A stretch of 63,290 bases of DNA, filler included, from Reticulomyxa filosa (Eukaryota; Protista; Foraminifera): the NCBI GenBank assembly GCA_000512085.1. It is 23 parts of 23 records of this genome, joined end to end, with 100 filler letters (N's around TTAATTAATTAA, not from the genome) between each part and the next. Parts side by side here need not be neighbours in the genome. Positions count along the whole stretch, not along the records: positions 37,986 to 40,997 come from ASPP01020650.1; positions 41,098 to 42,350 come from ASPP01015400.1; positions 42,451 to 44,889 come from ASPP01004034.1; positions 44,990 to 45,989 come from ASPP01037340.1; positions 46,090 to 47,431 come from ASPP01012604.1; positions 47,532 to 48,573 come from ASPP01032646.1; positions 48,674 to 50,084 come from ASPP01015209.1; positions 50,185 to 52,361 come from ASPP01009830.1; 15 more parts are not named here. One strand, written 5' to 3'. Each line of letters starts with the position of its first letter. Position 1 is the first letter of the stretch. The translations under genes were made by a program, and so were the position numbers. Below the pieces are notes generated by a model, which was not told the origin of the DNA, did no database searches, and saw only the letters and a list, made by a program, of their open reading frames with translations. Positions 38,022 to 50,217 of this stretch are shown piece after piece.

Positions 38022-41000
38022 TCAGAACGTTTCTTTAAAAATAGGCTCAGAGATGGAAGCACAGAAAAATAGTAAATGCAAAACATTGGATGGTTCGAGC
38101 GATATCAAATTAAATCTTTTCAATATGCCAGTGAGTTGCTGTCTCAATTCCAGCGCTTGTGACATCTTGTTGTCCTTAGCGCGAAGTAGTATTACCCCAT
38201 CTTTACTTAAACGCCTTTGTTGTAACGAGGTGGGTTGAGTGCCCAGGTCTGGCAACTCTCCGCTCTTGTTAACTTCCACCGACCTAAATGATCTGCTTCT
38301 TGCGAAGCCACATCATGAATTCTGACTATAAATGTTTGGTTTTGTTGAGAAAGTTGATGAGTCATTGCAAACAAAGTTGAATGCTATATCAGGCTCTGAA
38401 GTGACCTGTTCCCTGATAGTTCTTTTCCTTCCCCCCCCTGCTGAACGTTCCATGTTCTGGTGGTTGCAAGGGTTCCGGCAAAGGAAAAAACCTAACAAAG
38501 GGCTTACAAATTGTTATCATCGATATAAGTTATGTTTGCGAAGGTGTCAACATAGAAATATTAACAAGGCATTTCAAAAGCAAAAAATTAAAAAAACTTT
38601 ATTTTCAATTTGTTGCTGTGGTGAATGATTTGGTCAGAAATAAAAGCTTTATCCAATTCAAGCACCAGATAAAAGGTGCAAAAAAAAAAATAACAACATG
38701 CAAATAAAACAAAAAGAAATTTTTAAAAATAAAAAAATCAAAACTAGGATGACAACGTTATTGATTGTCTGTTAGAATTTCATTTCGTTGTTGGAACTTG
38801 GAACAGCTTGACTTCAGGTGCGTTGTTGTCTGCGTTGGAGTTCCTGTCCAATAAACAACAACTAATGATTTTAATAATAATGTGCATAAATCGATATATA
38901 ATTGCAAAAATAAACATTAATTTGACAAATCAAAATATCTTTTTTCTTCGTATCATGGCAAGATCGTAATGTTTTGACAGTATTTGATATAATTAAACGA
39001 TGAAGCGCAAGAGACATAATGTCATAACAGACGACATATCTTATACATTATTTTCGCGGAAATTCAGACACGATATGACGCATGTTATTAGGATGCTATT
39101 TCATTTAAACGCATTCGAATAGACATGTTAGCTCGAGCACGATGGATAGCCCGAGCTTCAGTTGATTCCACTGCAGGATATTGCGCTAAGAAAAAGTTTT
39201 GCAGAGGTCAGAGAATAAGATCTGATAGGTTGCTGCGTACGATTGCGACTTGGGCGGCACGCTGGATTGCAACTGTGACTTTGGGTATGTGCAATTGTTG
39301 GAGTTTTGTGGTATATATGAAAGTAGAATTTTAGTATTATATTCCAATACATTTAATGTGTCATTGTATTGCATTGAATAATAGTCATTGTAATATGCGT
39401 TGTAATAATTTGATCAAATTGACAATCAACAATCCGTTCACAATATACATTGGACGTGCGACAAATGATTTTGACTCAAGTTCGCCAAGTCTGTATATTG
39501 CAAGCAAATGCATCTTGATAACAACTTTTTGTTTTTTAAAATTTTTTTGATTAGAAATAAAATGCAAACTATGTACTTATTTGTGGAAAAATGTTACGTT
39601 ATTACTGTACAGTAGATTTATGTAACAAGACAAACAAGTATGAATATATTTAAAAATAAAAATAAAAAATAACAAAACTATTTTTACTTATTTCGAAAAC
39701 TTAGTGACTTCTACCAAGTATTTTGTTTGTCGTAATTATATGTATTTTTTTTCAATACTATAATGACATAATGTTTTGCATTTTTCTAAATGATAATTAT
39801 AAAAAAAAAGTACAAATATATACTTATGTCAAACTATTGTTTGAAAGATCTTAACTTGTAATTTTGCTTTAGTCCTTCATTGATTTACACTTCATGTTCG
39901 AGTCATATTGTACGTTATTGTCTGGCAGTTTGTTCGTTGCTAGATGCAAACTATATACAACAGCTAGACTATTATTATCACTACAATTTATAATAGCTCG
40001 ATCCTTCAATATCAATGTAATACTACTAATCACCTGATTCATTGCATTGCATTACATTGAGACAATGCAACATTTACACTATGCTCTTAATGAACAAATG
40101 TGCTATTATGATCTTGAATAGTCAAGCTATAATTCTTGACAATTATCATAATGCCAACATTACTAATAATCACATACAACTTTATATTCATTGTCTTAGC
40201 TTTGTAAATCGCTATTTTGGTCTTGCCATGAACACAGCATTATGGCCGCAAGTAATCTATTGTATTTATTTATATATGTGTACATGAAATTAAATACTTT
40301 ATTTAGTTGTTCTTATAAATTTTTCACATATTACTATATCACTTTCTTGTTTATTTGTTTTTTAATTAAAGAAAGTTTTGCGAAAGTAACTGTAATGCAC
40401 AGTAACATAATATCGATTGACTCAACCATTTTGATAAAGCACGTGCTTGTGCTCACACCAATTTTGCTGACTGCGTTGAATTCGTTGTGGGTGTGCTGTG
40501 TTTGGTGTGGTGGTCTGCCGTCGTTGGATGTGGAGTGACGACGACCAGAAACAAGAGTGCGGCTTCTACTTTGCACGTATGAATATGCCACTCCAATTTG
40601 ATCCCAAGTACCCTTGAACTTCGAGTCTCACCAAGAAAAAGTAAAGAACGTTGTGACTATTCAATTGTATAACTTTCCATAAAGAAATTTGTAACTTGAA
40701 TTACAATCAACATATTTCATCAAAACAAATTGATTTTAATCAATACATTTTTTTAAAAAAAACTGTTCCTCAACTGCAAAGAGAAAAAGGGTTATAAAGA
40801 CCAAATATCTAAAACACGACACAATATGTTGTCACAGCATATTCGAACACAAGTGCAGAGAATTATCAATGGAGTGAAGTTTTCGTATCTTTTTCATTTT
40901 TTCGTGTTTTTCATTTGTGTCTCCCTTGCAAAAAGAAGAAGAAAAGCATATACAAATGTATAACAAGTTTCAATGACGGTAAAAAAAAAAAAAAAAANNN

Positions 41001-41149
41001 NNNNNNNNNNNNNNNNNNNNNNNNNNNNNNNNNNNNNNNNNTTAATTAATTAANNNNNNNNNNNNNNNNNNNNNNNNNNNNNNNNNNNNNNNNNNNNTGA
41101 AATTTAAGCAAAAAAAAAAAAAAAAAAAAAAGAACGCATTATAACAGAA

Positions 41150-42253
41150 CACGCCGTATTTTCATTTGGGTATTGTTTAATGGGAATTGGGGGAGTTTTG
41201 TTGGCATATTTCTACCTCGGAAAAAGCGTGCACTCGTACGAACAAAAATTCAGCGCGGTGTTGGGTGTGTTGTTGATTGGCAATCCATTGTTGGATGCCG
41301 TTATGTGGTGTTATTTCAAATATCTTCCCGAACGTCGCGTGAAGGAGAAAAAGAAACAATTGAACCGAAGACAAGCACAAGCGTCCAACCAATTACCAGC
41401 TAAAAGCCCATCGTCGTCGGAAAGCTACCAACCGTTGGCCAATGAAAAGGAGCGCTCGGATGAGGAAGAGAAAGGAGACCAACTCGATGGACTTGAAATG
41501 AACCGTTTCAAAAATCATCAAAAAAATGCCTCTACACACACTGAAGGATCTGAAGCACTCTTGGCTGAAATTGCAGAGGATCAGCAGTTAATATTGATTT
41601 TTTTTTTTTTTTGGTATAAGCATGAAGTGAAATGGCAAATGTGTAATGACCTCTTTTTTTTTTTTTTTTTTTTTCACAGGTTGCGAAAAGAACTTGGCCA
41701 GGCCGAAAAGACAATTTCTGACGCATTGCGAAAAGAAGTTGAGATATTGAATTAAAAACCTCCCTGTGTGTATTCAATCTTTTGCTACGATAAGTTTGCT
41801 ATTTTTTTCTTTTTTTCGATCCTCTTCGATCATACAAAAAAAAAAAAAAAAAAAATCAAGTCTGTCCTCTCTTTTCCTTCACTCTTAGATTGTGTTAAAT
41901 ATGATCAATGGCATTCGTCAAGCAACGGAACAACATTCAAAATTGGAACAATCATTGAAACTGGAAATGATAGGAAGTGACCATTTTCCTAAATCGATCA
42001 AAGATACCTATGTTGTGGACTCCCTTTCAATGAACGAGTTTTCAGTTGAAATAACAAATAAAGTAACCAATGCTGACCCGACCAAATCCAAAGCCCGACT
42101 TAAAGTGAAGTTCACGGACTACGCTCCTCATATCTTCCAAGCAATGCGAAAGGAGCTCCATGAGATCACAGATGAGGAGTACTTGGATAGCATTAAATTG
42201 AGTGACACCAACGATTGGCTGTCTCAGTGTAATTTCTCAGAAGGCAAATCTGG
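41150..42253 (+). CDS. GPCR-PIP kinase-like protein (TM helices + LR(x)9GI linker + PIP5K domain start), partial
   Basis: Two hydrophobic helices ending GNPLLDAVMW; spliced linker LRKE|IVLNMINGI (intron 41738-41888); PIPKc motifs FTDYAPHIFQAMR..EEYLDSI and FSEGKSG. Confidence 0.8.
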
Positions 42254-42308
42254 GTTAAGTGCTACGAAAAAGAGATTGAGAGATACTTGATGTGATGGAC
42301 AAATAATC

Positions 42309-42341
<33 letters not shown>

Positions 42342-42450
42342 CTTTTTTTTNNNNNNNNNNNNNNNNNNNNNNNNNNNNNNNNNNNNNNNNNNNNTTAATT
42401 AATTAANNNNNNNNNNNNNNNNNNNNNNNNNNNNNNNNNNNNNNNNNNNN

Positions 42451-42938
42451 TTATTCATGACATCCATTTCAAATTTGACAGAGCAATCGATGCACCCCTT
42501 TTCACATTCGCAGTCTCGTTGGTATTTGAAATGCTCGACGTCGGTGCTGACTAAAGGAACCAGTCCTAATCGATGAGCGATAAACTCGTCGTCTAACACA
42601 CTGCTGTTTTCGTATATGTCCACAAAGTCAAACGCCAGGGCTGGCACTTCTGCTATCATCACTCGTCGCAGTGCATTCACGAACGAGGCGTCACAGTCCG
42701 TCAATGCCAGCGTTATTGAGTCTTCTTTCATCTCTTTTATTTCAATTTGCGGTACGCGGTCTGGTGAGATCTCGTTGTGCTTGCTTCCGCTTTGCGTTTT
42801 TTTTTGCCGATACGAACTCACCGATTTCCCGCCGTCTGTTACTGAGTCTCCATAGGTCGAATGTAGATCGGAAGTATACACATCACTATCTCCATCACCA
42901 CCAGAATATGGACTTTCTGTCCCAGTTGGCGTATTCAT
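42451..42938 (-). CDS. RPB3: RNA polymerase II subunit RPB3, 3'-partial
   Basis: PQIEIKE..LTDCDASFVNALRRVMIAEVPALAFD..ENSSVLDDEFIAHRLGLVPL..CEC..GC..CSV. Confidence 0.93.
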
Positions 42939-43652
42939 TATGCAAGTCCTTTTTTTTTTTTTTGAATGAAGAAAGGGGGGGTTTCTAATAACGAACTTTT
43001 AAAGAAAACTCGGAAAAAAACAAAAAGAGATTATTTAAGCATTTGTGAAAAAAATGACGACATTTTTCTCATTAAAAAAAAATACACATAAAGCAAAAAA
43101 AAAAAAAAGGTATGTTCAATCCCTTTCAAAGCACCACAGGGAAATTAAGCCATAGATTGCAAAAAAATTTAGAGGTGACGTGAGCCAACTATTTTCTTGA
43201 AACTTTATGGCCCAGTCCTTAAATACAAGCTTGCAACCTCGTTTTTCTTAAGACAAGGAGACGCGGTGCGTTTTAACACAAAACTGAACAGCAAAACATA
43301 ATAAAAGCATGGAGCGAGTATCAAAAAAAGAAAGATCCACCACTAAAAATTGAAACGTTCAAGTATTCGTTGATTTATTTAATTTTGAAATTTGTTTTTT
43401 TGTGTTTGGTTTTTTTTTTTTTTCGAAATAGGATGTCGAGAGCTTACGAAACAGAGGGCCCCTTAGGTTCGACTTTTAGAATTTTTGGGGTTTATTCCGC
43501 CAGGCGTTTCATCCAACTGACAGTCGATAATTTGCTCACTTCGACTTGCACTATCACTTTCGACTTGCATTATTGAAAGTGCAGGTCCTAATGGCGTGGG
43601 GTCGTCCATTTTTTTCTTTTCAATTTGGTTTGCATATGTAAAGTTAATAGCG

Positions 43653-44766
43653 TTATTTATTTGGAATGTTTCCAATCAATTCAACAAACAAGCAAACAAA
43701 CAATATAAGTAAAAAGAATACCTTTGCATTCGATTTTCGTTCATTTTGTTGTAATGACAACTTTTCAATGGATTTGGACAATTTGTTGACATCCTTCTTT
43801 TTGTTGTGATCCGAGTGTTTGGAGTGTTTGGAATGTTTGGAGTGTTTGGAATGTTTGGAGTGTTTGGAGTGTTTGGAATGCTTGACGCTGGAGTGAACAC
43901 TATCCTCGTCTTTGCCTCCTTTGCGCTTGTGACTCTTGCCGGCAGTGTTGTTATGGCTGTCACTCTTATGCTTTGACTTGATCTTTTGTTTGTCCTTTTT
44001 CTTGCTGTCGTGGTCGGTACCTCGTCTCGTAGGACGCTTTGCGTGTTTACTACTGCTGCTCGACTGCGAGCGGCTGCTGAGTTTGCCACTGTGACGGTGG
44101 CGATGTTGATGACTGTTACTATCGGAGTCATGTCTCTTTTGCTTTTTCTTTTGCTTTTCTCGTTTCGTCCCTCCATTGTGACTTGACGAGTTAGAGTTAT
44201 TCTCGCTCCGATTTCGATTGCTGTTATTCGTCTCGTTCTTGTCATTGCCATTGTCATTGCCATTACCATTACCATTGCCATTGCCATTACCATTGCCATT
44301 ACCATTGCCATCACCATTACCATTACCATTACCATTACCATTACCGTTGTCATCATCATTCTCCATTTTGCTCGAGTCTTGACTTTTTATGTCGGCTTTG
44401 GACGACTGATTACTACTTGGGTGCTTGGTTGCGTTGGGCTTTTTGGGAGTATGGGCATGGGCATGCTCGTGGTCATGGCCGTGCGCATGCATATACGCAT
44501 GTGCATGCGCATGTGCGTGTGCATGGTCGTATTCATACACATAGCCATGCTTGCGTCCATGCTCATTTCCATATCTATAGCCATGCTCGTGGTGATCATG
44601 CCCGTGGTGATCGTGATTATGCTCGCGCTTTTGATTTTTTTTCTTATTGTCATCGCTCTCGTGACTATCGTACTTTTTGTTGGAAAGATTTGAATTCGAC
44701 TGTTTGTCGTCTTTGTTGCTGCCATTATTGTTGTTATTGTCGTTGTTGTTAGTACTATTGTCATTG

Positions 44767-44807
<41 letters not shown>

Positions 44808-44889
44808 GTTATTATTATTATTGTTATTATTATTATTATTATTGTTATTGTCATTTTCCTTGCTTTTTTTTTCTTCCGCGTCCTTTTGG
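43653..44889 (-). CDS. Low-complexity H/N/K/S-rich protein fragment
   Basis: Long open frame with (NG)n, (HSK)n, (HA)n and poly-N repeats. Confidence 0.4.
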
Positions 44890-46089
44890 NNNNNNNNNNN
44901 NNNNNNNNNNNNNNNNNNNNNNNNNNNNNNNNNTTAATTAATTAANNNNNNNNNNNNNNNNNNNNNNNNNNNNNNNNNNNNNNNNNNNNTTTAAGCAATC
45001 ATGATATAAATGTTTTTTCTTTGAAATTCAGTAAATATGACTTTCATATATTAAAAAATAACAAGCACATAAAAATATTAATTATAAATTCTATATTGAA
45101 ACATAAAAAATAGTTATTCTGTTCGTCAGTATACACTTAACTCAAAGTCTGTTTAATTCTAAATAAGTTTTATCACTTTTCATTATGTTTGTACAATCAT
45201 TTAGCAATAACTTCATCTAAATCTCCAATTATAAATTACTTTCAATAAATATTGATCACTCACTTTGACTGTATATATGTATATTAACTTTGATAGCATT
45301 TGCGATATAATTTTGAACAATGTCGTTTTCAATACTGAAATCAAACATAATATGTTGTTGTCAAACTTTTTTTGCATCTAGTTGCAATCGAAAGATTTAC
45401 TCTACTTGATACTTTCTTTGGCTTTTAATCGTTCAAGCGCACAAGCACTTGATGTTATTTAACTGTTAATCGACAAATAGTATGATCACATTATAATTTT
45501 GATTGTAATTCCAAACTGACAGCATAGCTTACAATTCTTTTTCCACGTAGTCAAGTTTTTTATCATTTGTTGGTCAATTTCGTATTTAATGTTATTTTTA
45601 TTAAATTGTCTTTTACCTATTTGATTATTTCAATTTCAAATTGTTTTTTGTCGTTCATTCAGTTGTTTGAGATTGAGTTTTTCAAACAACGGCATGCGGT
45701 AATCCAATACCTCCAATGTGTTCTATTATATCTTGTTCACAAAAAATTTTATATTTTTAATCAATATTTCTAGCTACGTTTCCTACAATGCGCAGTTGTT
45801 CTATTTGAATCAATTGCTACTTATATCGATAAACTCAAGTTGCTTAAATAAATCAACTATTCATAAATGACACGCTTTGCTTCTATTCGACTCGAAATTG
45901 TTTTTCTTATATTTTTATTGTTTAATGTCACATAATTCTTACTTTCTTCCAACGCGCTACAAAGCGTTAACAGCCCTTTTTTAATATATNNNNNNNNNNN
46001 NNNNNNNNNNNNNNNNNNNNNNNNNNNNNNNNNTTAATTAATTAANNNNNNNNNNNNNNNNNNNNNNNNNNNNNNNNNNNNNNNNNNNN

Positions 46090-46126
<37 letters not shown>

Positions 46127-46201
46127 TTATTTATTAAATCTATTTATTTGTGTAATAAAAGAACCCAACTGAAATATGAGAACACTGTCTCTGTGCATCT
46201 T

Positions 46202-47300
46202 TCAAATCGATTTCCAACTCTCCGATAATTTCGGCATATTGTTGGCGTCGCTTGATATGTTCTTCAGGACGCTCAAAGACAAAGTCGCGTTCGGATTCGA
46301 ACTGATCTCCGTGAACAAATCGATAATGCGTGTGGCGGCATTAACGGGTTGTAGTTTGTCGGATATGGGGAGCGGGAGAGAGGATCGCCGAGTGAAGTTG
46401 TGGTAATTGGACATTGATGTGGTCGAGTCGACTACGTCGTTGTCCACGTTGAGTGATATCAGCACGTCGTCAATGAAGTGTTCCAAGTCTTCCAACTCGA
46501 GGCTGCCGTCATTGGCGGCCATTGAGATTTCTGCCGTGGAGTCTTCCACCAAGTGCATCAGCGCCACCAGTGGTTGCAGTTTCTGCGAAGAGAGTTCCGA
46601 AAATGTATTTGGTTCCAATAAAGGACCCAATTGTTTCTTTTTAAACAATTTTATTATTATTATTATTTTTTTTTTTTTTTTAAAAAAAAAGTCCATTCTT
46701 TTTTTTTTTTTTTTTATTAATTTCAACTTAAAGTTATTATATTAACTTTTATAATTTTGCAGTGCTCTTGAGATTGCGAAAATCCAAGTCGAATCTTTTT
46801 GATTTGAGCCTTGTAGGATATCCACCGATTCGCATGTTCTTTTAGAATTGGCAGCAAAATTTCATTTTTGTTCTTTTTTATTATTTTTTTGTTAACATGC
46901 AATATGCAAATAATATTGCATTATTGTTTTGTAAATAAAACAAAATAAATAAATAAATAAAAATGATGGAAGGATTGTATTTGAAACCTTCTCTTGATTT
47001 GCAACATTGGTGTTCTCATCTTCATCGTCTTCTTCTTCTTCTTCTTCTTTTGAATGATCACGATTGTCGGGGATATGCTTTTTATGCCCGGCTTTGTCGT
47101 TTTGGGCAATCAAGCCGTTTTTGGTCATTTTTCTCGCTGCCTCTAACGCCTGCTGCATTTTTTGCAGGACCAGTGGCGACACTCCACTGTCGTCAGTTTC
47201 CATTCCACCTACGTTGTTCGCTTCCGTGTGGATATCTTTGTTCTTCTTATTGCTCACGTCCTCCTCGTCCTATCGTACACAGATCAGTCCACCCATATTA
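46202..47300 (-). CDS. Hypothetical protein, internal exons
   Basis: Coding-like ORFs 46202-46630 and 46985-47270 separated by homopolymer introns. Confidence 0.4.
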
Positions 47301-47531
47301 TTTTCGCTCTCTCTTTCTCTCTTGTGTTCATTTACTCTTGTTGATTTTCAGTTGAGTCATCAAATAAATGTGACGCTTCCCTTTAAAAAAAAAAAAAAGG
47401 GGGGTCATCCTTGAGGAAAGAAAAAAAAAAANNNNNNNNNNNNNNNNNNNNNNNNNNNNNNNNNNNNNNNNNNNNTTAATTAATTAANNNNNNNNNNNNN
47501 NNNNNNNNNNNNNNNNNNNNNNNNNNNNNNN

Positions 47532-47617
47532 CGAACCTGCGCTGCGACCCCGCGTCGATCGCCGCCCTCCTCGTACCAGGGTGTGAGATCGATCGTGGGA
47601 AACGCAAAGTGCGACAT
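47532..47617 (-). CDS. Bacterial 2OG-Fe(II) oxygenase (isopenicillin N synthase-like) N-terminus, partial
   Basis: MSHFAFPTIDLTPW..GGDRRGVAAQV matches the family's P.IDL N-terminal motif; GGAGG Shine-Dalgarno 7 nt upstream. Confidence 0.65.
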
Positions 47618-47643
47618 GGCCATGCCTCCAGTGTCCCGGTCCC

Positions 47644-47660
47644 AGCAAGCGCGATGCCAG
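47644..47660 (-). promoter_or_regulatory. sigma54 (-24/-12) promoter for the oxygenase
   Basis: Minus strand CTGGCAT-CGCGC-TTGCT matches YTGGCAC-N5-TTGCW with correct spacing. Confidence 0.7.
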
Positions 47661-47672
47661 TTCGACTTTCCG

Positions 47673-47689
47673 CTGGCATGGATGTTGCT
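47673..47689 (+). promoter_or_regulatory. sigma54 (-24/-12) promoter for dctP
   Basis: CTGGCAT-GGATG-TTGCT, 40 nt upstream of ATG 47729. Confidence 0.7.
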
Positions 47690-47728
47690 GCCTTCGCCGG
47701 CAGGCACTTCAAGCAGCAGGGGATTTTA

Positions 47729-48573
47729 ATGAGCCTGATTTCTAGGTTTTCCGCGCTCAAGGCGACCGTTCTCGCCGCAGGCGCGAGTCTGGTGCTGGCC
47801 GGCACGGCCGCCGCCCAGACCCAGTGGATCATGGCCAGCGGCTATCCCGAAAACAACTTCCTCACCCAGAACCTTCGGAAGTGGGTCGAGGACGTCGAGA
47901 AGGGCACGTCGGGCAAGCTCAAGATCACGCTCCACACCAACGACAGCCTGATCAAGCTCGACAGCATCAAGTCGGCTGTCCAGCGCGGCCAGGTGCAGGG
48001 CGGCGAGATTCGCCTGGGCGTCTACGGCAACGAGGATCCGATGTTCATCCTCGACGGCGTCCCCTTCGTCGCGTCGACCTACGAAGAAGCCTGGAAGCTG
48101 ATGGAGTTGCAGGCTCCCTATTTCAAGGGGCTGTTCGACAAGGCCGGCATGGTGATCGCGGGCTACCAGGTGTGGCCGAGCCAGGGCTTCTACACCAAGA
48201 CGCCGGTCAACTCGGTCGAGGACTTCAAGGGCAAGAAGATCCGCATCTATTCGACGGCGACCCAGAAGATGGCGACGCTCCTGGGCTTCAACGCGACGAT
48301 CCTGCCCTTCGCCGAAATCCCGCAGGCCTTCTCGACAGGCCTGATCGAAGCGCTCTTCACCAGCGCACAGACCGGGGTCGATATTCAGGCCTGGGACAAT
48401 ACCAAGTACTTCACGGATGTCGGCGCGATCCTGTCCAAGAACGCCCTGATCTTCAACAAGCGGGCATTTTCCGCCCTGCCGCCCGCGGACCAGAAGGTGG
48501 TGCTGGACGCCGCGGCGGCCTACACGAAGCGATCCTGGGAGATGAGCAAGGCGGCCGGCGACGAAAAGGCGGC
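47729..48573 (+). CDS. dctP: Bacterial TRAP transporter substrate-binding protein (DctP family), 3'-partial
   Basis: GC-rich and intronless; signal peptide (..AGTAAA-Q), SGKLKITLH..SL, AVQRGQVQ, PF, DFKGKKIR, PFAEIPQAFSTGLIE, NKRAFSALP. Confidence 0.9.
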
Positions 48574-48751
48574 NNNNNNNNNNNNNNNNNNNNNNNNNNN
48601 NNNNNNNNNNNNNNNNNTTAATTAATTAANNNNNNNNNNNNNNNNNNNNNNNNNNNNNNNNNNNNNNNNNNNNCCCCCCCTCCCCCCTCCTTTCCTTCCT
48701 GTCTCTCCTAAGATGAACAGATGAAATGAATGGACCAGTCAAAGAAAACAA

Positions 48752-50010
48752 CTAGCCAGTAATAATGGAAGTCTCATAAAATCCAGCAACAATTCGCTTT
48801 GGTTTCAGATGTGAAGGAAAATTTTGTATGACGCCAGGAGGCATAGCCAAGGGATCTCCTCGGATTAATATACCATCGTCAACGTCAATGATATCATCAA
48901 AGCTTTGGACATCTCTATCGTGCAAAGCACCAGTTTTGTCATCTTCACTGGGAGTGAAATTGTAAGTGGCGTTGATAGGATTGGATGTGTTTACAAGTTC
49001 ATAAGGAGGTCTGTGTGGAACAGTTCGCAAGTCACAGCCTCTTTCCCGAATATCTTCCAACATGAAGGCTTGTTTGCGTTCGCGTCCGCACTGTCCAAAG
49101 CGTCCTGACCCCCAGGTATACACCTTTCCGGATTTGGTCAAAGCCGCAGTGTGATTCTGTCCGCACTGCACATCAATCACAAATTCATGCTCAAGGCCTC
49201 CCCCAGTCACTTGTGTGGGCCAGCACTTGTCCATGAAATCTCTCTCCACGCCAATGGCGCCAGTGTTCCCACCGCCAAAACAAAACACCTATTTGTGGAT
49301 CGTTTGTTGTTTGTGGTTTTCAAAAAAAAAAAAAAAAAAAGGGGGTATACACAAACATTCACAAATAAATATAAAAAAATAAAAAGAAATATAAATAGAT
49401 ACAATTATCCGATTGTACAAGTCCAATTAAAAAAAAAAAAAAAAAAAGCTTACGCGACTTAACTAAACTTTTCCATCGGTGGTAAGAATAGCCGAGTGTT
49501 TATGTCCAGCAGAAATTTTAGCAACTTCGGGGACATAATAAGGGACTTGATTTTCAGGCGCCGGCGCGGCTTTGTACTTTTGAATGTCGTAGTAAGTGTT
49601 GTAGTCGTACGAGTCATAGGGCGTCATGGCTTGCCCGGTGTCGTCCGTCAACAGTTTGTATTTGTCAGTGGAGACGCCGTCGTGACTGTCGTCGGATAAA
49701 AGCAGCTTGTTTTCGGTAAAGTCGAATTGCGATTTGAAGTGGGACATTTTCAAGTGTTGTCGCCACAATGGAGTCATGGGCCGAGGGATAGGGTATTGCG
49801 ACAAGAGGGACCCCATGCCACATCCAAGTCGTCCATTCAGTCCGACCCCACAAACCCACACACAGCCAGTGTTGTCCAAGAACAACGTGTGGGCATAGCC
49901 AACGGCAATATCAACAATATGATGTCCCAACAGTCGTTCAATCACCGTGGGTCGAACAAACTCTTCCGTATAATGATTGAATATTTTATGTCCCAATTGT
50001 CCCCATCTTC
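48752..50010 (-). CDS. RCC1-repeat protein, fragment, spliced
   Basis: GRWGQLG, DIAVGYAHTLFLD..VWVCGVGLNGRLG, ISAGHKHSAILTTDGK, VQCGQNHTAALTKSGKVYTWGSGRFGQCG. Confidence 0.9.
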
Positions 50011-50217
50011 CTATTTGTTTTAATGTATGTATATATATACACATATACATATACATATATACATATATATGCATATATATTTTTNNNNNNNNNNNNNNNN
50101 NNNNNNNNNNNNNNNNNNNNNNNNNNNNTTAATTAATTAANNNNNNNNNNNNNNNNNNNNNNNNNNNNNNNNNNNNNNNNNNNNAAAAAAAAAAAAAAAA
50201 ATTGTATATAAATTTTA

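Noticed and set aside
43813-44345. (CCATTA/CCATTG)n and 9-bp GTGTTTGGA repeats as telomeric or CRISPR-like arrays
   Set aside because: They are in-frame codon repeats (NG and HSK) within a low-complexity ORF, with no unique spacers.
47532-48573. Horizontal transfer of bacterial genes into the protist (also 61613-63290)
   Set aside because: Each is a whole separate contig with bacterial signals and no junction to host DNA. Co-sequenced bacteria are the simpler explanation.
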